The notes under the pieces were generated by a model. The model was not told where the DNA came from. It saw only the letters and a list, made by a program, of their open reading frames with translations, and ran no database searches. A stretch of DNA of 63,739 nt, filler included, from Trichomonas gallinae (Eukaryota): the NCBI GenBank assembly GCA_008369845.1. It is 4 parts of 4 records of this genome, joined end to end, with 100 filler letters (N's around TTAATTAATTAA, not from the genome) between each part and the next. Parts side by side here need not be neighbours in the genome. Positions count along the whole stretch, not along the records: positions 47,122 to 56,866 come from MRSU01000224.1; positions 56,967 to 63,739 come from MRSU01000225.1; 2 more parts are not named here. One strand, written 5' to 3'. Positions 52,840 through 63,198 of this stretch are shown piece after piece. A program made the position numbers and the translations under genes. Numbering within the stretch: the first letter of the stretch is position 1; each line of letters starts with the position of its first letter.

Positions 52840-55644
52840 ATGTTGCGTTCAGGTCGAGAAGGATCAGAACAAACATTTTCACAGCTTTCCAGTCGCAGTT
52901 CTTCTCAGAGTAGTGCGAGAAGGGCTGTAGTGGTGAGAAAGCATGATAATTCAACAACAAATTCTCATTCAAATCCAGAAAAACAAGTTTATTACGAAAA
53001 AGAATACATTTTGAAAGAGGTTGAAGTCGAAAAAGCTGAAGTTAGCAAACTGAGGAAAGAAGTCGCAGGATTGAGAAAAATTGTTCAATCAAAAATTAAT
53101 ACAATGGAAGAAAAAGCGAGAACTGATAAAATTTACGTTCAGCATTTTCCAGAATCAAAGGAATTGAAACTACAGCTCGAAATTGACCAAATTCAGAAAG
53201 ATATCGCTAAAATGAATGTCGAAAGTGAAGAACAGGACAAACTAATACAGAAATATCAACAATTTGCTAATAGAACAACTCTCGAAGAGTTTAGAGAAAG
53301 TTTAGATGAATACCATACTATTTTGCACAATGAAACGGAAGCATACAAGAAAAAACAAGCAGAATTACTTGCTTTTCAAAGGAAAGTCGAAGAATTCAAG
53401 AATTCCAAATTATTTAGAACAGCTGACCAGCAGAAAGAATATATTATAAATTTAAAGAGAGAAGTACAGCGAAAAATGCAAGTTTTCACAGGATTGAAGC
53501 AAAAACAAGAAACATTTAAAGCAGAAATGGTAGATGTCGAACAACAGCCCGAAATTTTAGAATTAAAACGAGAATTACAGAGAAAACGAAATTATCAAGC
53601 GCAGAGACAAGCGGAACTCGATAATATCCTCAGAAACCACAAATATGAGCAACAAATCGAAAGACAAATCGCTCAAAGAACAATTGAAACAAATAAAAGA
53701 CAAATTCAGCTGCAGAAAGAGGAAGAAAAGAACAAATGGAAGCCTCCTCCAAAGAAGCAGAACAAGATAAAGCCTTCACAGATCCCAGAAATCGAGAATA
53801 TCGAGCAAGATGAAAACGCGAGAGTCTTAGTCGGTGGATTTGATCCATACACGAGTAGAAATGAGTTGATACAATATCTTGGAAACGGATATCAACTGTC
53901 TGGCCTCACAATGAACGTCAACTCCGAAAATGATGCTTGTGCACAATACATTAACGATAATGAGGCGAAGAGAGCTGCAATAAATCTCGATGACAGATTC
54001 TTCAGAGGTAGACCAATAAGCGTCAAATACATATTAATGACAGATGGAGAAACAACAAAAACATCCGAAGAAATGGAAAGCCATGAGAAACCAGAAGAAC
54101 ACAACCAAGAGAATCATCAAGAAAATCAAAGCGAAAACAAGAAAGATGACGAAAATAATGATGATAACAATCTTCAACAAAAAGAAACAGCTGAAGAGGA
54201 AAAGAATGAAGAAAAAGCTGATGATAATAAAGAAGAAAAAGTTGAAGAGATGAAGGAAGAAGACAAAGCTGATGATGAAAATAAAGAAGAAGAAGAAAAG
54301 AAAGAAAATTTATCGTTGGCTGATGCTGTCAACAAACAACTTGAAAAACAAAATGATCAGAAAGAGAAACATAAAGAAGAAGAAAAGAAGGATGATTTAT
54401 CATTGGTCAATGCAATAAACAATCAACTTGAAAAAGCAAAGGAAGAAAAACATGAAGAAGAACAAAAAGAAGAAGAAATTAATAATAAAGATGATGAACA
54501 GAATGATAAGAAAGAAGAAGAAAAGCCAAACTTATCATTGGTTAGTGCAGTTAATAAACAGCTTGAAGAAAACAATGCAGAAAAACCATCTGAGTCAGAA
54601 AAAGAGAAACAAGAAGACAAAATTGAAGAAGAAAAACCAAAATTATCGATTGTTGATGCTGTTAACAACAACTTAGAAAATAAAGAAGAAATCAAAGAAG
54701 AGCAAAAGCCAGTAGAAGAAGAAAAGAAACAAGAAGAAGAACCAAAGAAAGATGAAATTAAACAACCATTATTGAGTCTCAAAGCTATCATTCAAGAAAA
54801 ACTTGAGGTCAAAGAAGAACAACAGAATGAAAAAGAAGAAAAGCCAAAGAGTGAAGAAAAAGATGAAGAAGAAAAGAAAGAAGAGCAATTAAAGATGAAA
54901 GATGTCGATATCACAAAATTAGAACCAATCGAGAAGGAACAAGAAAAAGAACAACTCAAACTAAATTTCGACATCAATAAATTAAATCTGAATGAAGAAG
55001 GTGTCAAAGAATCAGGAAGTGATCCAAGCCTTCGTCCAAGAGTTTCATTTAAAGACGTTGTCGGAGGAATTCCACCTGGAATTCAACGAGAAATACAAGA
55101 ATCTGCCAGAAAATCTAACGAAGAAGAAGATGAACAGCCAACATCTAGAAAAGAAAATTCTTCAAGTTCTGATTTCGAAGATGACGAAGATGAAAATAAA
55201 TCTGATAATGATGAAAAAGATAATAAATCAGATGAAGATGATGTGGAGCCTGTAAAAGATGATGATGAAGATGTTGAGCCAGATAAAAATGATGACGATG
55301 ATGATTTTGAAGATGAAGATCCACCAAAATCCCCTGATACTACTTTAACTGGCTTATTTGCTGGTAAAGCTTCTCAAAGAGATGCAAATGATGATGACTT
55401 CGAAGATGAAGACAGTAAGTCAGCCAAAGAAGAGAAAAAAGAAGAAGAAAAAGAAATAAAGAATGAAGAAGAGGAAGAAAAGAAAGAAAAACCAAAAGCT
55501 CCTGTAATTTCTAAAGGAGAAGTTGCAGACATATTAAATGCAGCATTAATTGGCGCGTTAATGAAGAAGCCACCACAAAGTAATAATAATTCTCTCGATG
55601 ATGATGACATTGATGCAGAATTAAATGCAAAATACAACAATTAA
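52840..55644 (+). CDS. Coiled-coil + single RRM-like domain + long acidic repeat tail
   Basis: RVLVGGFDPYTSRNEL...AKRAAINLDDRFFRGRPISVKY (RRM-like); repeated LS(L/I)..A(V/I)N.QLE units in an E/K/D-rich tail. Confidence 0.85.
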   Translation: MLRSGREGSEQTFSQLSSRSSSQSSARRAVVVRKHDNSTTNSHSNPEKQVYYEKEYILKEVEVEKAEVSKLRKEVAGLRKIVQSKINTMEEKARTDKIYVQHFPESKELKLQLEIDQIQKDIAKMNVESEEQDKLIQKYQQFANRTTLEEFRESLDEYHTILHNETEAYKKKQAELLAFQRKVEEFKNSKLFRTADQQKEYIINLKREVQRKMQVFTGLKQKQETFKAEMVDVEQQPEILELKRELQRKRNYQAQRQAELDNILRNHKYEQQIERQIAQRTIETNKRQIQLQKEEEKNKWKPPPKKQNKIKPSQIPEIENIEQDENARVLVGGFDPYTSRNELIQYLGNGYQLSGLTMNVNSENDACAQYINDNEAKRAAINLDDRFFRGRPISVKYILMTDGETTKTSEEMESHEKPEEHNQENHQENQSENKKDDENNDDNNLQQKETAEEEKNEEKADDNKEEKVEEMKEEDKADDENKEEEEKKENLSLADAVNKQLEKQNDQKEKHKEEEKKDDLSLVNAINNQLEKAKEEKHEEEQKEEEINNKDDEQNDKKEEEKPNLSLVSAVNKQLEENNAEKPSESEKEKQEDKIEEEKPKLSIVDAVNNNLENKEEIKEEQKPVEEEKKQEEEPKKDEIKQPLLSLKAIIQEKLEVKEEQQNEKEEKPKSEEKDEEEKKEEQLKMKDVDITKLEPIEKEQEKEQLKLNFDINKLNLNEEGVKESGSDPSLRPRVSFKDVVGGIPPGIQREIQESARKSNEEEDEQPTSRKENSSSSDFEDDEDENKSDNDEKDNKSDEDDVEPVKDDDEDVEPDKNDDDDDFEDEDPPKSPDTTLTGLFAGKASQRDANDDDFEDEDSKSAKEEKKEEEKEIKNEEEEEKKEKPKAPVISKGEVADILNAALIGALMKKPPQSNNNSLDDDDIDAELNAKYNN

Positions 55645-55920
55645 TAATAACTAAAATTTGTTTGTTTGATTAATATTGCTTCTTTCTAAATTCATTTAAG
55701 AATTTCAAGAAAATTATTGAGTTCATTGTAATTAATTGGTTACAAACCATATTAAAACATATTACTTCATTTATATTGTTGTTATTGATTTATTTAAATA
55801 TTTTCATCATTAAAATTTTTTATTTAATAATAGATCCTTTTATCAGTGTATGAAAAATAATTTCTATGAGCTAGATTAGAGAATAATATGTTACAAATTG
55901 ATCATTATTCGATTTTATTT

Positions 55921-56030
55921 TATATTATTTCAGGAAATCATTGTAATGTTCTTTGTTTTAGTTAAAGAATCAAAAATAGTAAACATTTAATAAAACAAAG
56001 AACATTACAATGATTACTTGAAATAATATA
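55921..56030. repeat. Inverted repeat (arms about 45 bp, loop about 19 nt)
   Basis: TATATTATTTCAGGAAATCATTGTAATGTTCTTTGTTTTAGTTAAA (55921-55966) pairs with TTTAATAAAACAAAGAACATTACAATGATTACTTGAAATAATATA (55986-56030) with about three differences. Confidence 0.9.
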
Positions 56031-56040
56031 TAAATATTAT

Positions 56041-56619
56041 TTAACAACACCCGGATTTATCTTGTTTTTCTTCAGTTAATTCCATTTTAGGTTTTGATTC
56101 ATTCTCGAAATGTTTCCTAGATATAATTTCTGCACAAGCTCCCGTGAATAAATCATCAATTCCATGACCTGTAAGAGCAGATACAGAAAAGAACAAATAG
56201 TTGTTACTTTTAGCAAACTCTTCTGCAGCAGTTAAGTCAACTTCCCAATATTCCGGCTCTAAGTCTGTTTTATTTGCACATATGACTATTGTCTTTTCAT
56301 TTCCATTTACGGATTTAAATTCATCAATCCAACGTGGAATATTTGTATAGCTTGTCATTGACGAAATATCAAATACGAAAATTCCAAAAGCAGAGCCGCG
56401 GAAGTAAAGAGTGCCAAGATCACGAAATCTGTCTTGTCCAGCTGTATCCCAGATATTTAGTTCTACCGTAATATCGTTAATTTCAATTGTATGCTGAGTA
56501 AATTGCGCAACAATCGTTGGTGAAGTTCCTGGATTGAAAGCAGATTCTCTAAGTCGTAAAACTATGCACGTTTTACCAACTCCGGAATCTCCTACCATTA
56601 CACATTTCTGCGTCAGCAT
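56041..56619 (-). CDS. Divergent Rab-family small GTPase
   Basis: GDSGVGKT, WDTAGQDRF, NKTD, VSALTG and C-terminal GCC. Confidence 0.93.
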   Translation of the reverse strand: MLTQKCVMVGDSGVGKTCIVLRLRESAFNPGTSPTIVAQFTQHTIEINDITVELNIWDTAGQDRFRDLGTLYFRGSAFGIFVFDISSMTSYTNIPRWIDEFKSVNGNEKTIVICANKTDLEPEYWEVDLTAAEEFAKSNNYLFFSVSALTGHGIDDLFTGACAEIISRKHFENESKPKMELTEEKQDKSGCC

Positions 56620-56866
56620 TTTTTTGTGGATTTTTTATATAATTTTTGTTTTGCAATAATATTACATGAATATCATTTAGTTCATTTTTATTGTTAATTT
56701 GATATTTAATTTGAAATTTTTTTTTATATTGGAAAATATTGAAACAATTAGCATAGTTTGATTAATTTATACAAAAGGTACCTCGTAGGTTTGAAAATCT
56801 GAATTTTGGATCCATTCTTCGTATATATGGGCCACAGACCATAGGGATACTCCCATTGAATTTTCA

Positions 56867-56966
56867 NNNNNNNNNNNNNNNNNNNNNNNNNNNNNNNNNN
56901 NNNNNNNNNNTTAATTAATTAANNNNNNNNNNNNNNNNNNNNNNNNNNNNNNNNNNNNNNNNNNNN
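56867..56966. other. Assembly gap with artificial linker
   Basis: 44 N + TTAATTAATTAA (56911-56922) + 44 N. Confidence 0.97.
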
Positions 56967-57089
56967 TTCTCTGTTATTTTGACAAATAAAAGGATTTTAC
57001 AAACAAAATGTCAAAATTTTATCCGACCAAGAAGTTTTAAAAAATGAATCCTGGAAAATCCCAGGATTATTTCCAAATTTGCATCCCTA
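56967..57089. mobile_element. Possible hAT-like transposon terminus at contig edge
   Basis: Ends in TTTGCATCCCTA (reverse complement TAGGGATGCAAA, similar to the Ac/Ds TIR TAGGGATGAAA); subterminal palindrome AATCCTGG-N6-CCAGGATT at 57047-57068. Confidence 0.45.
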
Positions 57090-57761
57090 CATGGAGTAAT
57101 TTATTATAGAAGTATTAAGACTCAAGCCTTTTTTGGAAGTTCATTGCAAGTCAATATTAGTTTTATTATATATTTATGACTTCAAACAGTTTTGTTAGTC
57201 CATTTTCCCACATAAAAATGATGGATTACATGGTTTAGCCAATGTTTTGTCATAATCGATTACTATGAAGGGAAAAATCCATATTCTGACCTTTTATTGA
57301 GAATTTTGTCAAAATAGAATCATTCATAAATAAATTGCACCATGAACTTTAAGCATTTTTACATTTTAATGAAAGTCTGAAGGCTAAATCAGAGCAAGCA
57401 CAGAATATACGACTGCCTTGATATATATATATATTTCAGCGGTGTAATTGCTTTTACAGTCTGATTTATTCATTTTTAAATTTTGACATGTAAATAGAAA
57501 CATGTCAGATATCATATTGCATAACTTTTGACTGCGATAATGATTGATTGAAATCAGCAATAATGTATTTTTACTTAATTATTTGTACCAAGTTATATTT
57601 TATATTATTACAACCATTACAAAAAAATGCAGTACAATATAATGGAGTCATGCCACTTTTGTTTTTTGATTTAATAAATTCATCAATCTTAACTTTGCAA
57701 AAAAATTAATTTTGTCGATTTCAAGAAATAAATCAATAAAGGAAAACTAAAATGTTTATAA

Positions 57762-58730
57762 TTATAATAAAATGAAAACCATACAAAAAAATCTAATATT
57801 TGTGTAAGATGAAAAAGCTGTAGGACAATGATTAAAAAACAAAAGTGTGATGCGAACAAAACCATTTCCAGAATGACCTTGTGGATGAAATCCACCTGTC
57901 GGAGAAGGCATTTTACTATTTCCATCAATCATCTTCGTGTTTTTGAATATAAATCCTAAATAATGAAAAGATTGATCAGTTTCTTTGAAAAAAATTTCCT
58001 GTGAAGTAGAGTTTTCTGTAATAGAGATGCATCCAGGATGGCCACTAATGTAGCTACTCCCACCACCACCTCCACCACCAACAGAGACCACAGCATTTCC
58101 ACCTCCAAAATAGCCAGATCCACCCCCTCCATTTCCATCTAGTGGACTACCGCCACCAAAAATTCTCGTACCATTCCCACCTCCTAATCCAAAACCTCCT
58201 TTGACAGATCCAGCCCCACCACTTGTTTGGGTACCACCCATTCCAAAATTAGCTGAAGCAGATCCATTTATCGTTCCTCCATTTCCTTTCCGATCACTCC
58301 AATCGACACCACCTCCACTTCCAGCGACCATAATACGACTCTTCAAAGAATCGAAATCATCGTAGTTTCCTTCAGCCAATCTGATATCTGTGGCTCCTCC
58401 ACCACCAGATTGGCCTGGTCCACCACCTCCATATGCTGGATATGCTGATGGAGCTGTACCTGAGTGACCTATATGGAGAAAAAACTTTGTAGGTTTATCG
58501 AGATAGATTTCTCCATATGTGTAAGCTCCGGTAGTACCACCATAACCTGATGTACCCCAGCATTCAAATGAATAAACTCCGGGATTGATCAAAATTATGT
58601 ATGGTTTTGAAATATTGTAGCTTTCTCCTTGATAAGCAAATAAAGTAAATCGCTTTTGGTATGATAAATCTAAAACTTGAACCGAGATTTAAATATATTT
58701 GCGTTATCAGGCTGGAGGTGAATCTGCCAT
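57762..58730 (-). pseudogene. Gly-rich ALK/LTK-like domain gene with disrupted 5' end
   Basis: PGVYSFECWG, GAYTYG, GGGGATDIRL, SRIMVAGSGGG, GGGGSSYISG, GNGFVRIT. The only nearby ATG (58730) is cut off by in-frame stops at 58709, 58706 and 58691. Confidence 0.7.
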
Positions 58731-58835
58731 TATTGGTGGTCAATTAGCGGTTAAATAACCTTTTTAACACTTTCTCGCTAATCGAATAATTTACAAATAT
58801 TTGTCATGTAAATTCATTTTTCGACATATAAATTT

Positions 58836-59903
58836 CTAATCTAAATTAATATTAATGGAAACCAAAGGAACGAAAGGCTTCTTTTCAGTAATTTCATTAA
58901 TATAATTAATAACTGGAAGTGCACCATAGTATACTGCCCATGTGATGACAGTATTCCCAAATTCATCTGAATCCATAGGATTTGCTCCATTTTTTAATAG
59001 AAACATCACAACTTCGAAGTTTCCAGAACTAGCTGCTTTGAGCAATACTGACTGCAGTTTTCTCATAGAAAATGTTTTCAAATTCATTCCATTAAGCCAA
59101 ATGTTAAATGATGGCCCATAAGATTTGAACTCATTGTAATACTCATCAAAAAAGTTCAAAAACATGGATGAATTGAATGATTCTGCTGATGTAATTAAAT
59201 AATTTGTATTTGAATTTATCTTAAAATTGTCTAGAATCCATTTAATGATGTTATTTCTATGATGCTCTATTGCTGTGTTCAAACATGAGCCGATATTATT
59301 TCCATTTTTAGCACAAATTTCAATTATTTGTATATTTCCTCCGGAAACAGCACTTTCAGCAACAGATTCATCAATAATGGCTCCATTAACGATATTGTAA
59401 TTCAATATTGTAGTCGATCCGCAATAAGCAGCAAATTGTAATACATTATCGAAAATTTCTTGTCCAACGTTAAATGTATGACTAGTATCATTATGAGTTA
59501 TAATATAGTTTAAGTATTTATCTAAGTCATCGCTGTAAATTATCATTTCTAAGGAATCTTCTTCGAAAACATTCAAATAATTTAAATCGTATTTAAAATC
59601 CGTTTGTAGTAAGCCTAAGCTGCCTAAATACTTAACAAATGTGTTAGTTCGATACTTTTTGTTTGATATTGTCGATTTTTTAGGTAATAATTTCCAAACA
59701 TCGAGAAGAAACTGAAAATTGAATCTTCTTACTTCACTACAATATAATATTAAGTTCCTAATTATCGATTCGTCGTAATTTGGAAGCATTTTCTTTATTT
59801 GTTCGATGTTGTTCGGATCGCAATCGAATATTAGATCCTCAAGAACAGAATATTCTTGTAATTTTTCTCTATCAATGAGGATATCATTTGGTATTTCATT
59901 CAT
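58836..59903 (-). CDS. DUF3447-type ankyrin repeat protein
   Basis: IIYSDDL, LQFAAYCGS..I.NY, AVSGGNIQIIEI, AIEHHRNNIIKW, then ankyrin repeats (AASSGNFEVVMFLLKNGANP..DEFGNT). Confidence 0.88.
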   Translation of the reverse strand: MNEIPNDILIDREKLQEYSVLEDLIFDCDPNNIEQIKKMLPNYDESIIRNLILYCSEVRRFNFQFLLDVWKLLPKKSTISNKKYRTNTFVKYLGSLGLLQTDFKYDLNYLNVFEEDSLEMIIYSDDLDKYLNYIITHNDTSHTFNVGQEIFDNVLQFAAYCGSTTILNYNIVNGAIIDESVAESAVSGGNIQIIEICAKNGNNIGSCLNTAIEHHRNNIIKWILDNFKINSNTNYLITSAESFNSSMFLNFFDEYYNEFKSYGPSFNIWLNGMNLKTFSMRKLQSVLLKAASSGNFEVVMFLLKNGANPMDSDEFGNTVITWAVYYGALPVINYINEITEKKPFVPLVSININLD

Positions 59904-60093
59904 TATAGTTGTAATTTATCTAAAAAAATAGCTTGTTTTAATAATGTCACTTTTATATAAACTATTCAATTTATTGTCAAAAATTTTGATGATTTCTTTT
60001 TATATTCTATTGTATATAACATCAAAGAGTATAAAAATGCAATAAAACAAAATTTGACATATAAATATATTAATCTGACATGTAAAGAAAAGT

Positions 60094-60918
60094 TTAAGTG
60101 AATATAATAATAAATACAGCATATGATATGTTATGGACAGCTTCTGAAAAGTACTGTAACTCAAGATCAGTATTGCTAAGCATGCAAGAATAGGTTCTAA
60201 TATATATTTCATTCAACAATTCCGTAAGTGTTGATTTAACTTGAGCATTATATGTATTTAAAGCGGTATAATTATTGCTTTGATCTATATATGAATCTTT
60301 TACAGTTAAAGATCCACGATCAGACATGAATAACCACTTGCATGAGTTATTATAAAAATAAAAATTGGAAATCGTGATATTACTCATAAAATCATAGATC
60401 ATTCCTGGATAAAAATATTCACCTTTATCTGTATTGTTTATGATGCTGCATCTAGTTGTATCACTAAAGTTCGATAAAGCGAAATGAATCGTGATTGCAC
60501 CGACAATATTCATTTCGAACATCGAAAAACTCAAATTACATTCAATGCACTTGTTAAACGAATGCAAAGAGTATTTTACATTACATCTACTTAAATTAAT
60601 AGAATTAACATTCCAAATTCCGGATTCATATTTTATTGTGAAATGTTTACCGGAACAGTCAACAAAACATGAATAATTATGAAAGTTCAGACTTGAAGAA
60701 GATGATGTACAAAGCATTGCTGATGAATCACTCAAATTTGATGAATTGAATATTGTATTATACAATAAATCATTCTTACTTAATGTTTTAATACCACATC
60801 CAATACCATTCAGTTGGAAAACACAACTTTTAATTGATACAATAGAAAATTTATCTAAGATTTGAATAGTATATCCGGATTTTCCTTCAAATGTGCTGCA
60901 ATATATCAAATGGGACAT
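60094..60918 (-). CDS. Hypothetical S/N/C-rich protein, beta-helix-like with hydrophobic C-tail (possibly 5'-truncated)
   Basis: 274-aa ORF with repeated 'C.F..N/C' patterns and a hydrophobic C-terminus; no obvious signal peptide or initiator. Confidence 0.55.
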   Translation of the reverse strand: MSHLIYCSTFEGKSGYTIQILDKFSIVSIKSCVFQLNGIGCGIKTLSKNDLLYNTIFNSSNLSDSSAMLCTSSSSSLNFHNYSCFVDCSGKHFTIKYESGIWNVNSINLSRCNVKYSLHSFNKCIECNLSFSMFEMNIVGAITIHFALSNFSDTTRCSIINNTDKGEYFYPGMIYDFMSNITISNFYFYNNSCKWLFMSDRGSLTVKDSYIDQSNNYTALNTYNAQVKSTLTELLNEIYIRTYSCMLSNTDLELQYFSEAVHNISYAVFIIIFT

Positions 60919-62001
60919 ATATTTGGATATATGATATGGATTAGGTCATCCAAATGATAACATGTAAAACTAGCCTTTCATGAACTTTTAAAATAATTTT
61001 GACACGTAAATATAATGAATGACAAAAATTAATTATGTTTCACATCAGACACTAACGTTTTGGATCAAGTCCTATTTTGCATTTTGCTTGATTAATAATG
61101 ACTTAAATGGAGCCATATAAGTATAAAAAACATGTGTTTTATGAACAATGATCCAATAAATACTCAAGTATTTATCTTCATTTTTATGTAATTATAAAGC
61201 ATGCAGACATCATTTATGAATCTAGTACTTTCGATTCAAAGATAATAACCCGTAGAGATTTGATATTTAATTGAATTGTTATATTAAAAATTGGCAGATA
61301 TTGCTTTATTTTGGGATTTTTATATTAAACAGCATATCCTATATCTATATTAATAACCATATTCGAAACAAAAGCGGATATTACATTTGATCGACTTTTT
61401 GGAATTTTAATGATATTTAAACATTACATATGATTCAACATAATTGATTTGAATTTTTTGAAGAGAATTTGATCACCATAAATTCAAAAAATAAATTTTT
61501 CTCTCTTAGTGAATATGCATATAATATAAAATTAACCAATAATCCAGAAAATCGCAATGTAAAATTCCGGTTGGGATAAAAAATCAACCTAAACAAATTT
61601 CTATCGTCTGCATATTTGAAAAATAAATTAAATTATTCATATGATGCATATTATATAAATATAAAATATTTTTTTATCGGTTTCAACAAAAAACTTTGCA
61701 TTTTTGACAATGAGAACACATTCTATTGTCACTAAGCAACAAAAATCAACAGATAAACTAGAACGTAACAACCCCTTTTATACCTTATCAGACCCCTGAT
61801 AATTTTTCCATTTTTTCCAATTTTATTATAAAAATAACTCTTCAAAGTTATGCAGCATCTGGAACAGATCAATCTGTCAACCATCCTCAATTTTTTGAAA
61901 TTCTTTTGAATTTTTATGTGAACAAAAAATTTTCCTTATTTGGCCATTGCAACTACATATTTAAAAACATTTTTCTTAATTTTTTTTTTCAAAAATTATA
62001 A

Positions 62002-63198
62002 ATGATACCGAAAGCAGTGTTGAGCGCTTTTCAACCATTCTTAATGTCCGATCAGCCTCAGTACCTCGGAGAATCTAATTCTGGTTTTCCAAAGTTGAAG
62101 GACGAGGATTTGTACAACTTAATTAATGCAGCAAAATTCCAATTCACACAGGAAACTATTTTATTACGTTTACACGGAGACTTCGTCATTGTAGGCGATT
62201 TACACGGAAATCTTCGCGATTTATTGAGAATAGTCTCTTTAAATGGCTATCCACCAATTCGAAAATACATCTTTTTGGGCGATTACGTTGATCGAGGAGA
62301 GTTTTCTATTGATATATTGATATTTCTCTTCTCACTTAAGCTTACATATCCAGAGTGTATTTATCTTTTGCGTGGAAATCACGAATTCGAAACAACAAAT
62401 GCATATTATGGCTTCAAGACACAAGTCCTTGCGGAATATGATGAAAATATGTATCATCACTTTAACGATTGCTTTACATACTTACCGTTAGCCTGCATAT
62501 TAAATGAAACTTTCTTCCTTGTTCATGGAGGAATTAGTCCCAATCTATCGAACATCAGGGAAATTGAAGCTGTGATGCGTCCGATAACAACTTACTTCGA
62601 TCAATCGATGTCAATGATTTCAGATTTAGTTTGGAGCGATCCTGGTGATCCAGACATTACGTTTCTCAAGAACTATAGAGGTTTTGGCTATTTATTTGGC
62701 GCTTTAGCAGCTCACACATTTCTAAAACAAAATAATCTTCGCTATATTATCAGATCTCATCAATGTGTCAATGCAATACAGAAGCATTTTGGAGGATGCG
62801 TTATCACTGTATTCTCATCTAGCTGCTATTCAAGATCTTCACGTAATACAATGGGAATTATCGACGTTTCAGGAGAAAATTATAAAACAGTTAAATACGA
62901 AGCAATGGATCAACTAAAGAAAGAGAATGTTACCTATAAAATTGTTGAACTCGTTGAACGTGCGCCGATATGTTTCAAAAAGATGAATTCACAATTGAAG
63001 CCTATCACAAGACCAAGAAGAGCAACAGTCTCAGAAATGCTTCAGAATAATAGACGCAATTCATGTGAATTGCTTCATACTCAAGGATTTCCAAAATTGA
63101 TCTTAAAAGAATCTTCTCCGAAGAAGGAGCGTAATTCGATGGACCTAACCAAGCTATCTCCATTGATGCATCCTGGCCATGATTCAATACTTGTTTGA
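62002..63198 (+). CDS. PPP-family Ser/Thr protein phosphatase
   Basis: GDLHG, GDYVDRG, LRGNHE, HGGIS, DLVWSDP, IRSHQ and ITVFSSSCY. Confidence 0.95.
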   Translation: MIPKAVLSAFQPFLMSDQPQYLGESNSGFPKLKDEDLYNLINAAKFQFTQETILLRLHGDFVIVGDLHGNLRDLLRIVSLNGYPPIRKYIFLGDYVDRGEFSIDILIFLFSLKLTYPECIYLLRGNHEFETTNAYYGFKTQVLAEYDENMYHHFNDCFTYLPLACILNETFFLVHGGISPNLSNIREIEAVMRPITTYFDQSMSMISDLVWSDPGDPDITFLKNYRGFGYLFGALAAHTFLKQNNLRYIIRSHQCVNAIQKHFGGCVITVFSSSCYSRSSRNTMGIIDVSGENYKTVKYEAMDQLKKENVTYKIVELVERAPICFKKMNSQLKPITRPRRATVSEMLQNNRRNSCELLHTQGFPKLILKESSPKKERNSMDLTKLSPLMHPGHDSILV

